A DNA stretch of 64,000 nt from the human T2T-CHM13v2.0 reference genome, Homo sapiens. The translations under genes and the position numbers were made by a program. Shown here one piece after another: positions 1-20,427 of this stretch. The notes below the pieces were generated by a model that had not been told where the DNA came from, did no database searches, and worked only from the letters and a program-made list of their open reading frames with translations. The DNA is taken from the NCBI RefSeq assembly GCF_009914755.1, contig NC_060931.1. One strand, given 5' to 3'. Each line of letters starts with the position of its first letter. Within the stretch, counting starts at the first letter, position 1.

Positions 1-501
1 AAAACACAAAAGTTAGCTGGGTGTGGTGGTGCATGCCTGTGGTCCCAGCTACTCAGGAGGCTGAGGTGGGAGGATCACTTGAGCCCAGGGAGGTCGGGGC
101 TGCGGTTACACCACTGCACTCCAGCCTGAGTGACACAGCGAGACTCTGTCTCAAAAAAAAAAAAAAAAAGAATCTTGGATCTGATGTTGATACACACGAA
201 AAGGGTGAAAGCAAATGTTCCCCAAGACAGTACAGAGATGTAGAATAATTCTTAGACCTTAGGTTACTGTTAAAAGTTCCACCATGTATGGGTGGATCTT
301 TCATGTGAAACTTTGAAAACTAATATGAAAGCCACTCATATAATGCAGTTTTATTGCTGAACATGAAATTCTATTAAAATTGAGATTTTTATGTCCTGAA
401 GCTCTGGTTCTGATTGCTCACTCCGAACAAGTTTCCTTTAGTACACCTATTGGATATATTGCTTTACCTGGTTGAACATCTACATTAAAAAAATGTTTTA
501 C

Positions 502-1495
<994 letters not shown>

Positions 1496-1958
1496 TCATG
1501 GATTACATGGGATTTTGTAAATTATCCCAGTGACTTCACTATTACAATGTCCCAGTTTAGAGGTGAGTACTGGAAGCTTAGCTCATCCAGTCAGAGAGCA
1601 AGTGGCACGAAAGAGTCTTGGTGTTGAGTATCCCTGCCACCCTCCAAGCCCTTGTGCTGGGCTGTTAAACAGCAGTCCCTTGACTCAGAGGCCGTTTCTG
1701 CCCTGCAGTGATCATAAAGACTAACTAAATTCAGGCAAAATGTCAAGATAAGGCCTTTAGCTTCATTATAAAATGGAAACTAAAGATACATTGATAGTAA
1801 TTCTCTGTATAACTTATCTTGCATCTATTACATGAGATATTTCAGAAAATGTTTTGATTTCCGTTATTTCCTAGGAAACAAATTGCTGAGTTCCACCTGA
1901 AGGAAGACTTTACTAATGCCAATGTCATGTTAGGAAGATCTTTCTTCATTTCAACTAA

Positions 1959-2316
<358 letters not shown>

Positions 2317-2739
2317 TCAACTAGAAGTTTTAAAATAGTAAATGGAATTGCATGTCTGTGTGATTCTTAAGCCATTTTACCTTCTCGCCCAAAGTGACTC
2401 TATCACTGATACCAAATCAATACCCATCACGCATGTTGCCATATGTACTTCTGCCTCACCTCCAGGGAGGCTTAGCTAAGGGGAAATGATGGGGTCAAAT
2501 CAAGCCGAGGGATGAACTGCAGACAGATGGGAACTGCCCTGGGGATGGGGTCTATGTCCTATTCATTTTTACAAATAAAGACCTGACACGTAACACTGAT
2601 AATAACACTGACAGATGTGGGCAGCAGTGATTTGGAGTATCATATGTTCTTCCCTTTCAACCACTGTACACTCTAGAAACAAAGAAATGTTTGTTTCGTA
2701 AACACAACTTCTTTATACTCAGAACCTAGGACTTAAGTC

Positions 2740-4215
2740 AATTGACACAATCATCTTCCAATAAATACTAGAGGTTAAGTTGGTGACTAGGTGCCAAAAA
2801 GGTGTAGTGTGGTTGAGGGGTATACCAAGGTTATCTGAAAGAACATGCTATTGTTGGATTCATGGCGTTGTATATGTGGGAGAGGACAGAGGTGCCTCCA
2901 AGAACTCCCTGGGTGGTAGACTGAAAAGGATGGTGGTGCACATGGATGGGTCCCCTGCATGTCACCTCTAAATTAAGCTGTGATGAAGACGTCCCTGCTA
3001 CGCTATAACTCACTGTCCTAACCGAGCACCTTAAAATAGGGTTTGAGGAGATGGTGAAAAGTGATAACAGCGTTGCCAGATGACATCCCAAAGGCAGGCA
3101 GAAGATAAGAGCTTTTCCAAAGCTGCTCTCCTGAGAAGGCCTCACTTTTTGCCTAAGTAGTACCTACCTCAGTACTTGGTTTAGAGACTCCAGGAAACCC
3201 TCTCTAACCCAAGGCTAGATTAGGTGACCCTGCTATGATCCTATAGCACCTGTTATTACACTTTGATAACCTATTTCAGGACATGACTCTGGAGACTCAC
3301 GGCCTCAATTCTGTCCTCAACCAGACTCCATCTGTTCCTTAGGGCCGTGGTTATTGTAGCCCCTGTGGCATCCCCATGGAATAGTTAGTGTGAAGCCTGG
3401 TGCAGAGTATACACCCAGGTACTTGCGGAATGAATCATGTAGTCTTAACCTTAGAGGACTCATCTGGCCTTGTCCCTGTTTCCACCAGCATTCCACACCA
3501 AACAGAACACGATGTACAGAGGCTGAGATTAGGAATGAGTTGGCCAGAATCACAGAAGGTTGGAGTAGGAAAACCATAGTGAGGTTCTTGTGAAGGCTTC
3601 CTGATTATAGGTGACCCAACATCCTTGCTTCTGTTGTAGGATCTGGAAAGGCATTCCACTTTCTATTAAAACCATCCAATTCCTACTTCCTTAGATTACA
3701 TGGCAAGATGAAAGGGAGTGGATTTTCCTTAATGTGTTGGTGTGAAGACATTGAATCTGATTGCCTTTTTAACACTTGTACAATAGCAGTACAAGTAGTG
3801 TGGAAAAAACTGACTCTGTTAGTAGTACTTAGTAGTTACTTCAATGGACTGGGGCTGTCTTTACAGTAGGAAGACATCAGGACTCTAGAAGGTTGGAAAA
3901 AATTGACAGTAGGTGGATAAGAAGCACAAAAATAGAATGGGGCCAATCAGTGGATACTTCTGCTTTGTAGTTCTGCCCATAGTTGGACCTTTGTCCTAGA
4001 GGCTAGATGAAAAGTCTGGTTATGTTTGGAAGCTGTTGGACTCCTGTGGCAGGTTGCATGTGTGGGGACAAGACTCTGAGACGGAGATTGTGGGAAAATT
4101 CACATTGGTGTTCTTGGGAATAACATCTCAGAGGGCAAAGGGAATGTGATTGGGCAGAGGGAGAAGTTGGGCTCTGAGACAATCACAACAAAGGCCTCAG
4201 CCATTCCCACCTAGG
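2740..4215. mobile_element. Degraded ERVL-class internal sequence with an LTR16-like LTR piece at about 4045-4215
   Basis: Resemblance by eye only (agactctgagacggagatt...gggcagagggagaagttg...aaaggcctcagcca). Confidence 0.4.
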
Positions 4216-4344
4216 GCTTTCTTGCCAGTAACAGGGACTACAGGAATGTGCCAACAGAGCTGGCCAATTTTTCTTTTATTTATTGTAGAGATGGGCTCTT
4301 GCTATACTGCCCAGCCTGGTGTCAAAACTTGTGGCCTCAAATAG

Positions 4345-6060
<1,716 letters not shown>

Positions 6061-6074
6061 CATATTCAAATACA

Positions 6075-6230
6075 ATTTTAGTTGCTACCACTGGAGGATG
6101 TACTAGTAGCATCAAGTGGTTACAAGCCAGGGATGCCACACAATACCCTACAATGCACAGAATCGAACCCTACCACTTAGAATTATTCAGTTCCTAAAAT
6201 AAATGAGTCCGAGGTTGACAAAACGGCTGT
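6075..6230. mobile_element. MER20 (hAT-Charlie) fragment
   Basis: Motifs gccagggatgc...cctacaatgcacag...gaggttgacaaa. Confidence 0.65.
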
Positions 6231-6643
6231 AAAGGAGAGAAAAGTGCTAGATAGAGACATGGGATCAAGGGAGGATTTTATTTTTTTCAGAGACAGGGTC
6301 TCACTCTGTTGCCCAGGCTGGAGTGCAGCAGTGCCCTCATAGCCCACTGTAACCTCAAACTTCTGGGCTCAAATGGTCCTCCTGCCTTGGCCTACAAAAG
6401 TGCTGGGATTACAGGCATGAGCCACTGTGCGTGGCCTCCGGATTTTTTTTTTTCTTTTAAAGGGAGACTTGAGCTTGTTTAAATGCTGCTGGATAGGGAA
6501 ATGGGCCACTTTATATACTGTAAGAGAATGGATAAATTGGTAGACTCTTTTGGAGGGTAATTTGGTAGAATCTGTCAAACTTAAAATATGTAATTCCATT
6601 ATTAGGTAACTATTCTATTGAAATACTTGCATACATACATTAA

Positions 6644-6988
<345 letters not shown>

Positions 6989-7335
6989 TCAAAAATTTTT
7001 ATTTTCAGTCTTCTTTGTAGGAATGAGAAATGGGAAAGAATTGCATTCTGATAAATAGATTAATGGTTAAACAAATCATGGCACATTCAAACCAAGGAAT
7101 TTTGTAGCCATTTGAAGCTTGTAGTGAGCAGTAAAATTGCCAACATACGGTGAGTGAAATGAAGTCACAGAACAGTATTACTAGTGTCTATCAGTTATGT
7201 AAAGCTAACCAAAAACCGTGCATTTACATGTGTGTGTTTGCTAATGCATTTTGATCAGGATCTGGAGCACTGTATCAAAGCATCATAAGTAGACTCCCTT
7301 TTCACTTTTTGTTCTCCAATGGCTCAGAATTGTGA

Positions 7336-7653
<318 letters not shown>

Positions 7654-8094
7654 TGAGATTACAGGCATGAGCCAAAACAATTTTTAAATACTGGGGCAAG
7701 ATCACAATAGAAAGGAAGAGTTTGAAGACGTGAGTGACATGGGATAAAGGAGGAGGAAGTTCCCTGAGGATTAGATGATGGTGACAGCAGTAGCAGCAGG
7801 AGCAGGTAACATTCATTTAGAGTTGAGATGTGCCACACCCTGCTCTAAATGCTTTATGGATATCAAGTCCCCTTATTCTCACTAGAAGTCTGGTAGACAT
7901 GATTAGTCAAGGACACGGAGGCACAGAGAGGTGGAGCAACTCCACAGCTAGCAAAGCTGGGATTCAAAGCCAGGCAGTCTGGATGCAGGGCCAGTGCTCC
8001 AGCCACTGCCCCCTACTGCTGGCTGTTGGTGGGATCCAGAGCATAGGTGATGGACTGGCCTGAGAGGAGGAGGGAAAGCTCATTAAACCTCTGG

Positions 8095-9019
8095 ATCAGT
8101 TTGTTGCTGCATTAACACTTTCTCACAAATGTAAAAGCTCAAAACCACCACCACTGATTACCTCACAGTGGTGTAGGTCAGAAGCCTGAGCAGGCTCAAC
8201 TGGGTTCTCGACCTTGCATCTCACAAACCCCAACCGAAGATGTCAGCAGAGGTGGGCTTCCATCTGGAGGCTCTGGGTAAGAATATGCATCCAGAACCAT
8301 TGAGGGTGGCAGAATGCGGATCTTTTCAGCTGTAGGACTGAGAGCTCCATTTCCTTGCTGGCTGTTAGTCAGGAACCTTTGATGAGAGTTTGCTGCATCC
8401 CTCACCATGTGGCCCCTTCAACTCTAAAACCAGTAATGATGCGTGGAATCTTTCACAGGCTTGGACTCTCTGACCTCCTCTTTGGTTAACAGCCAGGGAC
8501 AAATCGAGTTCCAGAGGGTTCTCATGATTTGGTTAGGAACACCCAGGTGGTCTCCCTTTCCTTGTACTGGTAACACAATCTAGTCACAGGAGTAAAGTGC
8601 ATCCTATTAACAGTCTGAAGATTAGTGGGAGAAATCATGATGCCATTTTAGCCTGGGTAATTTATAAAGAAAAGACACCTGCCTGGCTCAAGGTTCTGCA
8701 GACAGTACGAGAAGTGTGGTGCTGGAATATCTTTCCGGTGAGGCCTCAAGAAGTTTACAGTCACGGTGGAAGGCAATGAGGAGCCAGCATATCACATGGT
8801 GACAGCAACAGCCAGAGCAAAAGAGGGAGGGAGAGGTGCCACTCACACTTAAACAACCAGATCTGGTGTGAACTGACTCATCACCAAGGGGATGGCACTA
8901 ACCCATTCATGAGGGATCTGCCCCCATCATCCAGACACCTCCCACCAGGCCTCATCTCCAACACTGGGGATTACATTTCATCATGAGATTTGGAGCGGAC
9001 AAACATCCAAACCATATCA
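8095..9019. mobile_element. MaLR LTRs: MLT1-type (about 8095-8650) followed by MST-type (about 8650-9019)
   Basis: ctgggtaatttataaagaaaaga...caaaccatatca MST terminus, with MLT1 motifs upstream. Confidence 0.75.
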
Positions 9020-9499
9020 GTAGGATGTCTGACATTCATCATACGATGTCTGAGTGAAGGGAGGTTTAAGGGCTTATTTTGTCTCCCTGGATAGTAATGG
9101 AAAATGTATATCTGAAAGAGATGTCTGAAAAAGAAAGTTTAAGTGGGTGGCTAGCACACTTCTGGTTTGCTAGTGGGCTTTTTGAGCTCAGTTCTCATTT
9201 GAGTTTGGAGATGGATTTGTAGGGGCTCTGGGATTTTTCCCCTGTAGTCTGTCTATAGGAGCAAAGCGGAAGATTTTGATTGATGCTTCTTTGGGGAAAG
9301 CTGGACAAAAGGATCACAGATCAGGGGAGATGACAGGCCAAAGTGATGTTCCTTGGAATCTAGGCTAGAAACAGAGGAGAAAAAAACAGAGTGAGGGAAA
9401 AGGGACAATTCACTTTGCAAGGGCTACAGGGGTGGACGGCTGGATTCCAGTTAAAGCAGGAAGTGGAAGAAGGCTTCAGTAAGAGGGTAGAGATCTAGA

Positions 9500-9685
9500 G
9501 CCCAGGTTCTCCAAGTGGGGTCCCCAAATCAACAGTGTCAGCATCATTTGTTAGCAAGGCAGATTCCCAGGTTCACCTCAGACCTAGGGAATGGAAAATT
9601 CTGGAAGTTGGTGAGTCGAGCACAGGAATCTGCATCTTAAGCATGCTAGTTGATTTGGATGTCTTGGAGGTTTGAGAATCATTGA
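9500..9685. mobile_element. MER5A-like hAT element
   Basis: ggttctccaagtggggtcccc...ggaatctgcat...tttgagaatcattg. Confidence 0.7.
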
Positions 9686-10446
9686 TGCAGCATCTTTTGT
9701 GTTGTATAAGAATGCTTTTATCATGAATGGGATTGCAGAGGGACAGTAGCCAATTCCTGGAAGAAGAGGACCGGCTGTACCTGGGTAAGAAATGCTGAGC
9801 ATATGGCAGAGGACAGATGGCCTGTGTTCTGCATGACAAGGATAAGTGTAAGGCAAGGCTGAATCCACTGGCCTTACAGTTTTCAGAAATAGTTAAGTCC
9901 TGGCCATTCCAATCTCAACCGATTGTTTTCCTGAGGTGGTATTCCGAGGCCAAGAACAGGAGCATTGACTGATGAGACTTGAAGAAGGGTCAGTCTGGGC
10001 CTGGCTTGGCTGTTCCTTAAAAAGGAGGGAATCCAAACCCCAGGAAAAGTGGCAGAAAATGGGAGTGAGTTTCTGGGACCCTGACTGAGTGCCTAAAGCA
10101 GCAAGAGACCAGTGCTAGCCACAGAGGGACACACTTGCCTATGAGCAAGATCCGCTTCACTTTGGCGCAGCAAAGGATAGACTTCCTCTCCTCCAGCTGC
10201 AGACACACCCTGGCCTCCTGAGATGCCTCTACTGTGGCCTAGTTTCAGCTACAAGAGCACAGGTGGGCTGTGGTCAGGCAACAGGAAGAGGAAGAAAGGG
10301 AGGGATGGATTTTGGGATGTGGATACCTGACCTAGTACACAAATCCCCCTATATTCCTAAACCTTTTCTGAGTCAGTCACTCTGTGAAAATCATGGGACT
10401 CTGGCAGTAGAAAGCAAGTGAAGTAGAATGCAGCCACAGAAGATTT

Positions 10447-10452
10447 TTTATT
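10447..10452 (-). terminator. Polyadenylation signal AATAAA of the RP9-like transcript
   Basis: Plus-strand TTTATT about 500 nt downstream of the stop codon. Confidence 0.7.
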
Positions 10453-10957
10453 GTTGTTTTAAGAACTCCCTAGCCCCCAAATCAACAAATCATGTCAGGT
10501 AAATATAAATATTTTAGCCAACCAGTGGCTCTCGCCTGTAATCCCAATGCTTTGGGAGGCCAAGGTGGAAGGATCACATGAGGCCAAGTGTTCAAGTCTA
10601 CACTGTGGAGGGCACAAGCTGTGGGAGGGCCTGGAAGACACGCCTCAGAGATTCTCCCAGTCCTGCCACCCTGTGGGAGACACTTCTAAGGAATCGTAAA
10701 CTCATGTGACCAGCAGGGAGGACAACGATGAAGAAACTTTCCTGCCTAAAATCAGCTGCTGTCCAGAGCTAGCACCTGGAAGGAGACACTCCCTCTCCTG
10801 GGGTCACATCTTCACTGCAAGGCGGGTGGGAGCTCACTGCTGTGACCCACATATACTCCTCTCTCGGCGTCTCTATCCTGCTACTTTCTCTGACTGCATC
10901 TTCCTCTGTTCCTTGGTCAGTGTTTGAGAAGAGAATGTTGAACAAGTCACATCCTTG

Positions 10958-11156
10958 TCACTCTGAGTCAGAACCCTCATTTGACTTGGAAGATTTGTGC
11001 TTCCGTTTTTTCTTCTTTTTCTTTTCTTTCTTCCTTTTCTTATGCTTTTCTTTCTTCTTCTTTTTCTTGTGTTTCTCTTTACCTTCAGAGGAACTGGAGC
11101 TGCTCCTATCTTCACCTGAGGTAGAATCCTCCAGTAACTGTTTTAACTGCTGTATC
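10958..11156 (-). pseudogene. RP9P: RP9-like exon 6 coding part (199 nt): [65 protein letters not shown]
   Basis: ORF track 10958..11164. Acceptor tgtttag| before 11156. Lys-rich RP9 C-terminus ending at TGA. Confidence 0.93.
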
Positions 11157-11924
11157 CTAAACATTCAAAATTGATCAAAGAACAGTCAGTTTTAGCTTTA
11201 ACTTACAACAGTTGCTTAGATAAATATGTCATTCAAAAGCAATATGGAAGGATCATGAATAACCACATCACAAAGACAGTACTTATTTTTATTTTTACCT
11301 GTTTTCTCCATTCTTCTTCACCTGAATGCCTATGTTTATGTGACTGTAACCAGTGTACAAACCATTTTTGTATTCTTTTCCTTGTCCTAGTCATTTCTGT
11401 AGGTTCCCACAGTACTTACAATTATAAATTCTAACAGACGCATACTTTACTAAACCATTCCCCAACTGCTCAATTTCCTAATAGATAATCTACACCCTCA
11501 ACAATTATAATTTAATGTAACCAGTTTGAAAAAACAAACTCTCCTGATTATTCACTCTCTAATCTTGTCTAGGTATAATCTTTAACAAAAGCTGAGATCC
11601 TTAAGACGTTAGAGGAGATAAACTGAATTACCTTGCATGGTACCAATTGTACCATGCAAGTAAATAGCACAACATGGGTGGCTAATATCAACTGCAGTGG
11701 TCAGAGAACTGGACCAAGCCTACAGCTTTAAGCTAACCCAAGGAGGAGGAGGCTGGCCTGCTGATTCCCCAACACTGGTCTTGTCAGCCATGACTCCTAC
11801 CCAATAAATATTTCACAATTGAAGTGCCATGTTTACTATATCACTCTCCTAGTGCTAGAAGGTTTTTTTCCAACTTTATATAAGTTAAAACTTTAAATAG
11901 ATACTATCACCAGGACAACCTCAC

Positions 11925-11986
11925 CTTACATTCTTTTCATGTTGTTTATTGTCTCGTATGATGTCATACATGAAATCCTCATGTGC
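11925..11986 (-). pseudogene. RP9P: RP9-like exon 5 (62 nt): AHEDFMYDIIRDNKQHEKNV(R)
   Basis: Acceptor ctctgtcccttaag|, donor AAG|GTGAGG. Confidence 0.92.
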
Positions 11987-12559
11987 CTTAAGGGACAGAG
12001 AAGGTTAAGGTTTGGTTAGGCTTCATGGACCGTTAGTTAAATAAAATTAAACCCCTATGTTACAGAAAACAGTTTTTTTTTCTTTTACTGTTTGATGTAG
12101 CCACACGCTCAACATGTTTTAATCCTTTTAAGGGTCATATCACTGATAACTCATTAAGGCTATAAAAATAATTTCCCAATGAGAAAATACACGAAATAAT
12201 ATTCTTCATGAGGAAATAACTGCATAAACTGGAAGAGTCGTACTATAAAACAGTACTCAAGTTTAGAAATACCGAGGTAATTCTCTTTGTTCTATTGGGT
12301 TAGACCAAAAGATAGTATTAAGCAAAATAAATGAGTTGCAAAATGATACATAGGAATGATCATTTATAAGTACTCAAAAATACGTGTTACATACCCCAAG
12401 GAAGTCTGGAAATATACACATCAAGCTATTTGCTGCAAACCCACTCTCAGGAGGGAGGCAAGATTGGACTTGGTGGTAAAAGCCTGACTATGAGGTCTTC
12501 ATTTTGCTTAATAAGGCAAATAAACTGTATTCTTGTATTCTATAACTGAAAGTGACTTA

Positions 12560-12880
<321 letters not shown>

Positions 12881-13157
12881 ATCATAATTATGAACATTAT
12901 GCTTATAGAGTTGTATAAATTGATGTTCTGTTATATCCTTAGGGTAAATTTTTAGAAGTTGAATTTCTAAGTCAAAAAGAAGTACATTAAATTTTTGAGA
13001 TTTATCAACAAGTTTTGTTTTATACTATCTGTAAAAACTGACATTTCACCTAAAAGTGCTTGATCTAGAATAATTATTTTTCAGATTAAGACAAAAACAC
13101 AAAACTTTAAACGCCTTAAAATGTTAAAAGAATGTCTGTTGACTTCAGTTTCATATA

Positions 13158-14095
<938 letters not shown>

Positions 14096-14313
14096 TGCTG
14101 ATCACTTCAGTAGATCCACAAGGCAGCATATTTCACTTGGCAGTAGTTACTGAACAGTGAATTAACACCTCTGGGAGGTGACTCTATGTTAAAGCGGGGA
14201 ATGATAGATAGATGATGCTAATGATAGATCTGTCTAACTGTCATTTAAGAGGAAATATACACAATTCTAGCTTATAATAGACAGACATCTACTCTTTAAA
14301 GGCTGGAAAACTA

Positions 14314-14668
<355 letters not shown>

Positions 14669-14952
14669 TTAAAAAGGGGAGTTGAATAGGGAACAATGTC
14701 TTCTTCAGAAAAAGAATCACTGTCCCAATGTATAAGCAAAGAACACGTTTATAAATGTTAGTTTTTTTCTTAAAGAGCTAAATTTGTCTTACAAATGCAA
14801 TTTAACAGAGGTATAGTTAACAGCAGACGCTTTGGCCAAAAGGCTTCTGGGAATGTAATTTATGTGAACATTCAGTTCGCTGGTGACTATCGGATTAATT
14901 AATATTCACCATCTCTGATTAAGGTAAAATGACATTGTATGGTTTTACTTAC

Positions 14953-15044
14953 TACTCTGAACTGTTGTAACTTTTGGTTGTCTTTGATAAAGAAAGGGCA
15001 TTCTTTGTAGCCTGTTCGGTGACCATACCATTTGCAATGCCAAC
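14953..15044 (-). pseudogene. RP9P: RP9-like exon 4 (92 nt), zinc-knuckle region: CWHCKWYGHRTGYKECPFFIKDNQKLQQFRV
   Basis: Acceptor ttttctttgcttttag|, donor GTA|GTAAGT. C-x2-C-x4-H-x6-C ligands retained. Confidence 0.92.
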
Positions 15045-15891
15045 CTAAAAGCAAAGAAAAGGGGAAATATTTCTGTAAGATAAGAGTGTTTCACCTTAGT
15101 GAGATAAAGAATCAGTAGATTATATTAAAGTTTTTATTCATTAAACTCCAATTCTAAAAGAAAATGCAATCATGGATGAACCGTGTAAGGTCCCAGAAAA
15201 GACAGGTAAACTAATTGCTTACCCAAGCATCCTTTAATCTTGTGCTTTAGGAATTAATTTTCCAACACCAAGAAATTATGAAGCAATCCAATGAAAAGTA
15301 CTGCAAAAGGTCAATTTTTTTAGTGTGTCTCGCTGTATTTTTCAAAGTAAATATCTTCTATTAATCAAGTGGCTCTGAATCTCATTTATAAATTTAGTCA
15401 CTAGAACAAATACCTTCTTTCTCAGGTTGAGTCGACATCTGTTCACATCCCTCACTTTTAAGTAAACAAAATCACAAGTTCTTTTAAAATATTAATGCCA
15501 TCAGAACCCTACTGCAACTTTACTTTCAGAAGAGGGAAACTGTGCTATTTAAAGAGGTTAACTATTAGAAGCAACAGAAGGTCCTGATGAGGAACTGGGA
15601 GGAGAATAACAAGAGAATGTATATACATGCTCCAAGGCAACAAATTCCAGTCTTTATGGAATTTCAGTGAGTGGACCTGGCATCAGGCATTGACCTCTGA
15701 GAAAAAGGAAGTGGTGAGTGAAGCAAGAATGGATGAGATCCTTGTTACTTCTCTCGCCTGTTCATATCCTCTCAGCACCATCTGGATGTGGTGTAAATCA
15801 GGAAACTGTATGGGAATGGTGAATGAGACCCTGTGTTTGAGTATTAAGCAATTCTAAGCAACTAGGTCGGGAAGTATGAAGAGGGATTTAG

Positions 15892-16248
<357 letters not shown>

Positions 16249-16534
16249 TGACCTCGTGATCAGCCCACCTCAGCCTTCCAAAGTGTTGGGATTACAGGTG
16301 TGAGCCACTGTGCCTGGCCTAAGTTTGTGGATTTCTATTGATTGCCTGTGAGCTATCCCTATCCTTATCTCCCTCACCATTTAAAGTTTGGGGGAGAAGG
16401 ACTACACTCTTTCAAACTAATATGTGCCTTTATGGCAAAGCTGAAGGGATGTGAAATGCCATGGAACAAGCATTGATGTATAGATATCCAGAAGATACCA
16501 TTTCCGCTCAAAATCCTCTTATTATGGAAAGGTG

Positions 16535-16775
16535 ATCCCAGATATTCAAAGTGTGGTCCATGGACCAGCAAATTCAACAATATGAGCAAGGTTGTTAGAA
16601 AAGCAAGGTATAGGACCCAACCCAGAAATATTGAATATCTAGTATTCAGTATTTTGGATATTCAAATACTGGATATTCAGTATTTCTGGGTTGGGCCTGA
16701 TATGGACATATAACCTGAATTTTAAAAGATTTACTGGTTATTTGTAGAAATATCAAAGTGGGAGAACCACTTTTC
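16535..16775. mobile_element. MER5-family hAT element with a perfected central palindrome
   Basis: tcaaagtgtggtccatggaccagca...caaagtgggagaaccact. Inverted repeat at 16616-16695. Confidence 0.7.
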
Positions 16776-16829
16776 TAATTAATACTAAAATTGGTAAAAT
16801 CAAAACCATGTGCATAGGTTTGTAATTAC

Positions 16830-18420
<1,591 letters not shown>

Positions 18421-19789
18421 CCATTGCAGGACCTCAAAAACATGCTAAACGAAAAGAGTCAGATCACTTATATATGTCCAGAAAAGCCAAATTCACTAAG
18501 AGAGTAGACTAATCGTTGCCTAGGGCATCAATGGGGATGAACTGGAAATGGGTTGAGAGATCTTAAGGAGGGGATGAAAATGTTCTAACACTTATTTATG
18601 ATGATGGTTGCACACACTTGGTAGTTACTAAAAATCACTGCATTATACATTTATTTGAGGGTGATTTTGAGTGATCCAAAATAAACCACAAAAATCCTTT
18701 TTTAAAAAGCCATAAACACAGAAGGACTGGGAAACCATAAAAGAGTCACATATGAAAAAACGTGGGATGTTATAATGCAGATAGATGAATACTAAAAGAA
18801 TAGCAGATCCTAGAAAACTGAAGTCTAAGGCAGCAGAGGGTAGAATCTGAGAACCGACTCAGTTTCTACTTGCAGAACCTCCAAAGCTCAGCAATTGGCA
18901 GCACCAGATACTTCTGGAGGTGAAGGGGCAGTTAAAATCAGGAGGATTGGTTAAATGTCCATAGGCAATTCTCCTTAGTCTGGGCAGAAGTTTGTTTAGC
19001 ATGTGGAAAAGGTATAACAGAGGTTCTCTGGCCACGGAGACATCAGGTGGGTCTTAAGGAAGTTGCCGCAACAGACATAGAGGATCATACGAATGAATGG
19101 AAAACCAATGACAGATTTCCCAGACTCCCTCCACTCAGCTCCCAGAACACTCACAGCATGGCTTTCCCTTCCACGTGGGAGCCTTCTCTGGGAAAATACA
19201 AGCCACCCAAAGAAGAAAAATCAATAGATAACTGAACTCAGATGTTCCCCAACCAACTACCTAGAAAATCACCCTGCAGTGGGGGATCAACAAGCCCTAC
19301 TCAGGCACTCAGGGCTACCAATCAACTTTTCATCTTTCACTAAAAAACAAGAATACTGTGGCAGCCACTCTCTAAAATGACCCTAATTAATAATCGCTGA
19401 TCCCTAAAAAGAACACTTTTGTGTAGTCCCTGCTACCCTGAATAGGGCTAAACTGGTGTAAGCTAGGATAGTGCCTATCTGAAGAATAGAACTGCAGACA
19501 CAGAGGTGAGAAAAGAATTTTTAAAATTCTTAAAATTGAGAGACCTGCATTCCAGATTGAAAGGGCTCACCACCGTGAAATTTTAGAACACCAGGAATGA
19601 GAAGATGCTATAAACTTCCACAGAAGAAAAATAAAAAACAAAGCAATGATAAAAGGCCTTATGAAAAGATCAAAAATTGGAATTACTTTGGACTTCCCAA
19701 TAGCTATTCTAGAAAATCAAGAAAATGAAGCAATGCCTTCAAAATCTAAAGGAAACTTTTAACTTAGAATGTGATATCCTAGCAAATTA

Positions 19790-20177
<388 letters not shown>

Positions 20178-20427
20178 TCACTTGAGCCTAGGAGGTCGAG
20201 GCTGCAGTGAACCAAGATGGTACCACTGCACTCCAGGCTGGGCAACAGAGCAAGACCCTGTCTCAAAAAAAAAAAAAATTCTACCTCCTATAAACCCATT
20301 TGGAAGGAAATTGCCCTAGGATTCATTACACCATAAGAACAGAATATAGTAACAAAGAACACTCCAGATATAGGAAAATGGGTGATCCAACACAGGAGAG
20401 AGGCTAAAGGAACCTGCAGAATGATGG

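Noticed and set aside
11981-11983. RP9 H137L allele as a paralog-derived variant
   Set aside because: Codon 137 here is CAT (His), so this copy does not explain H137L.
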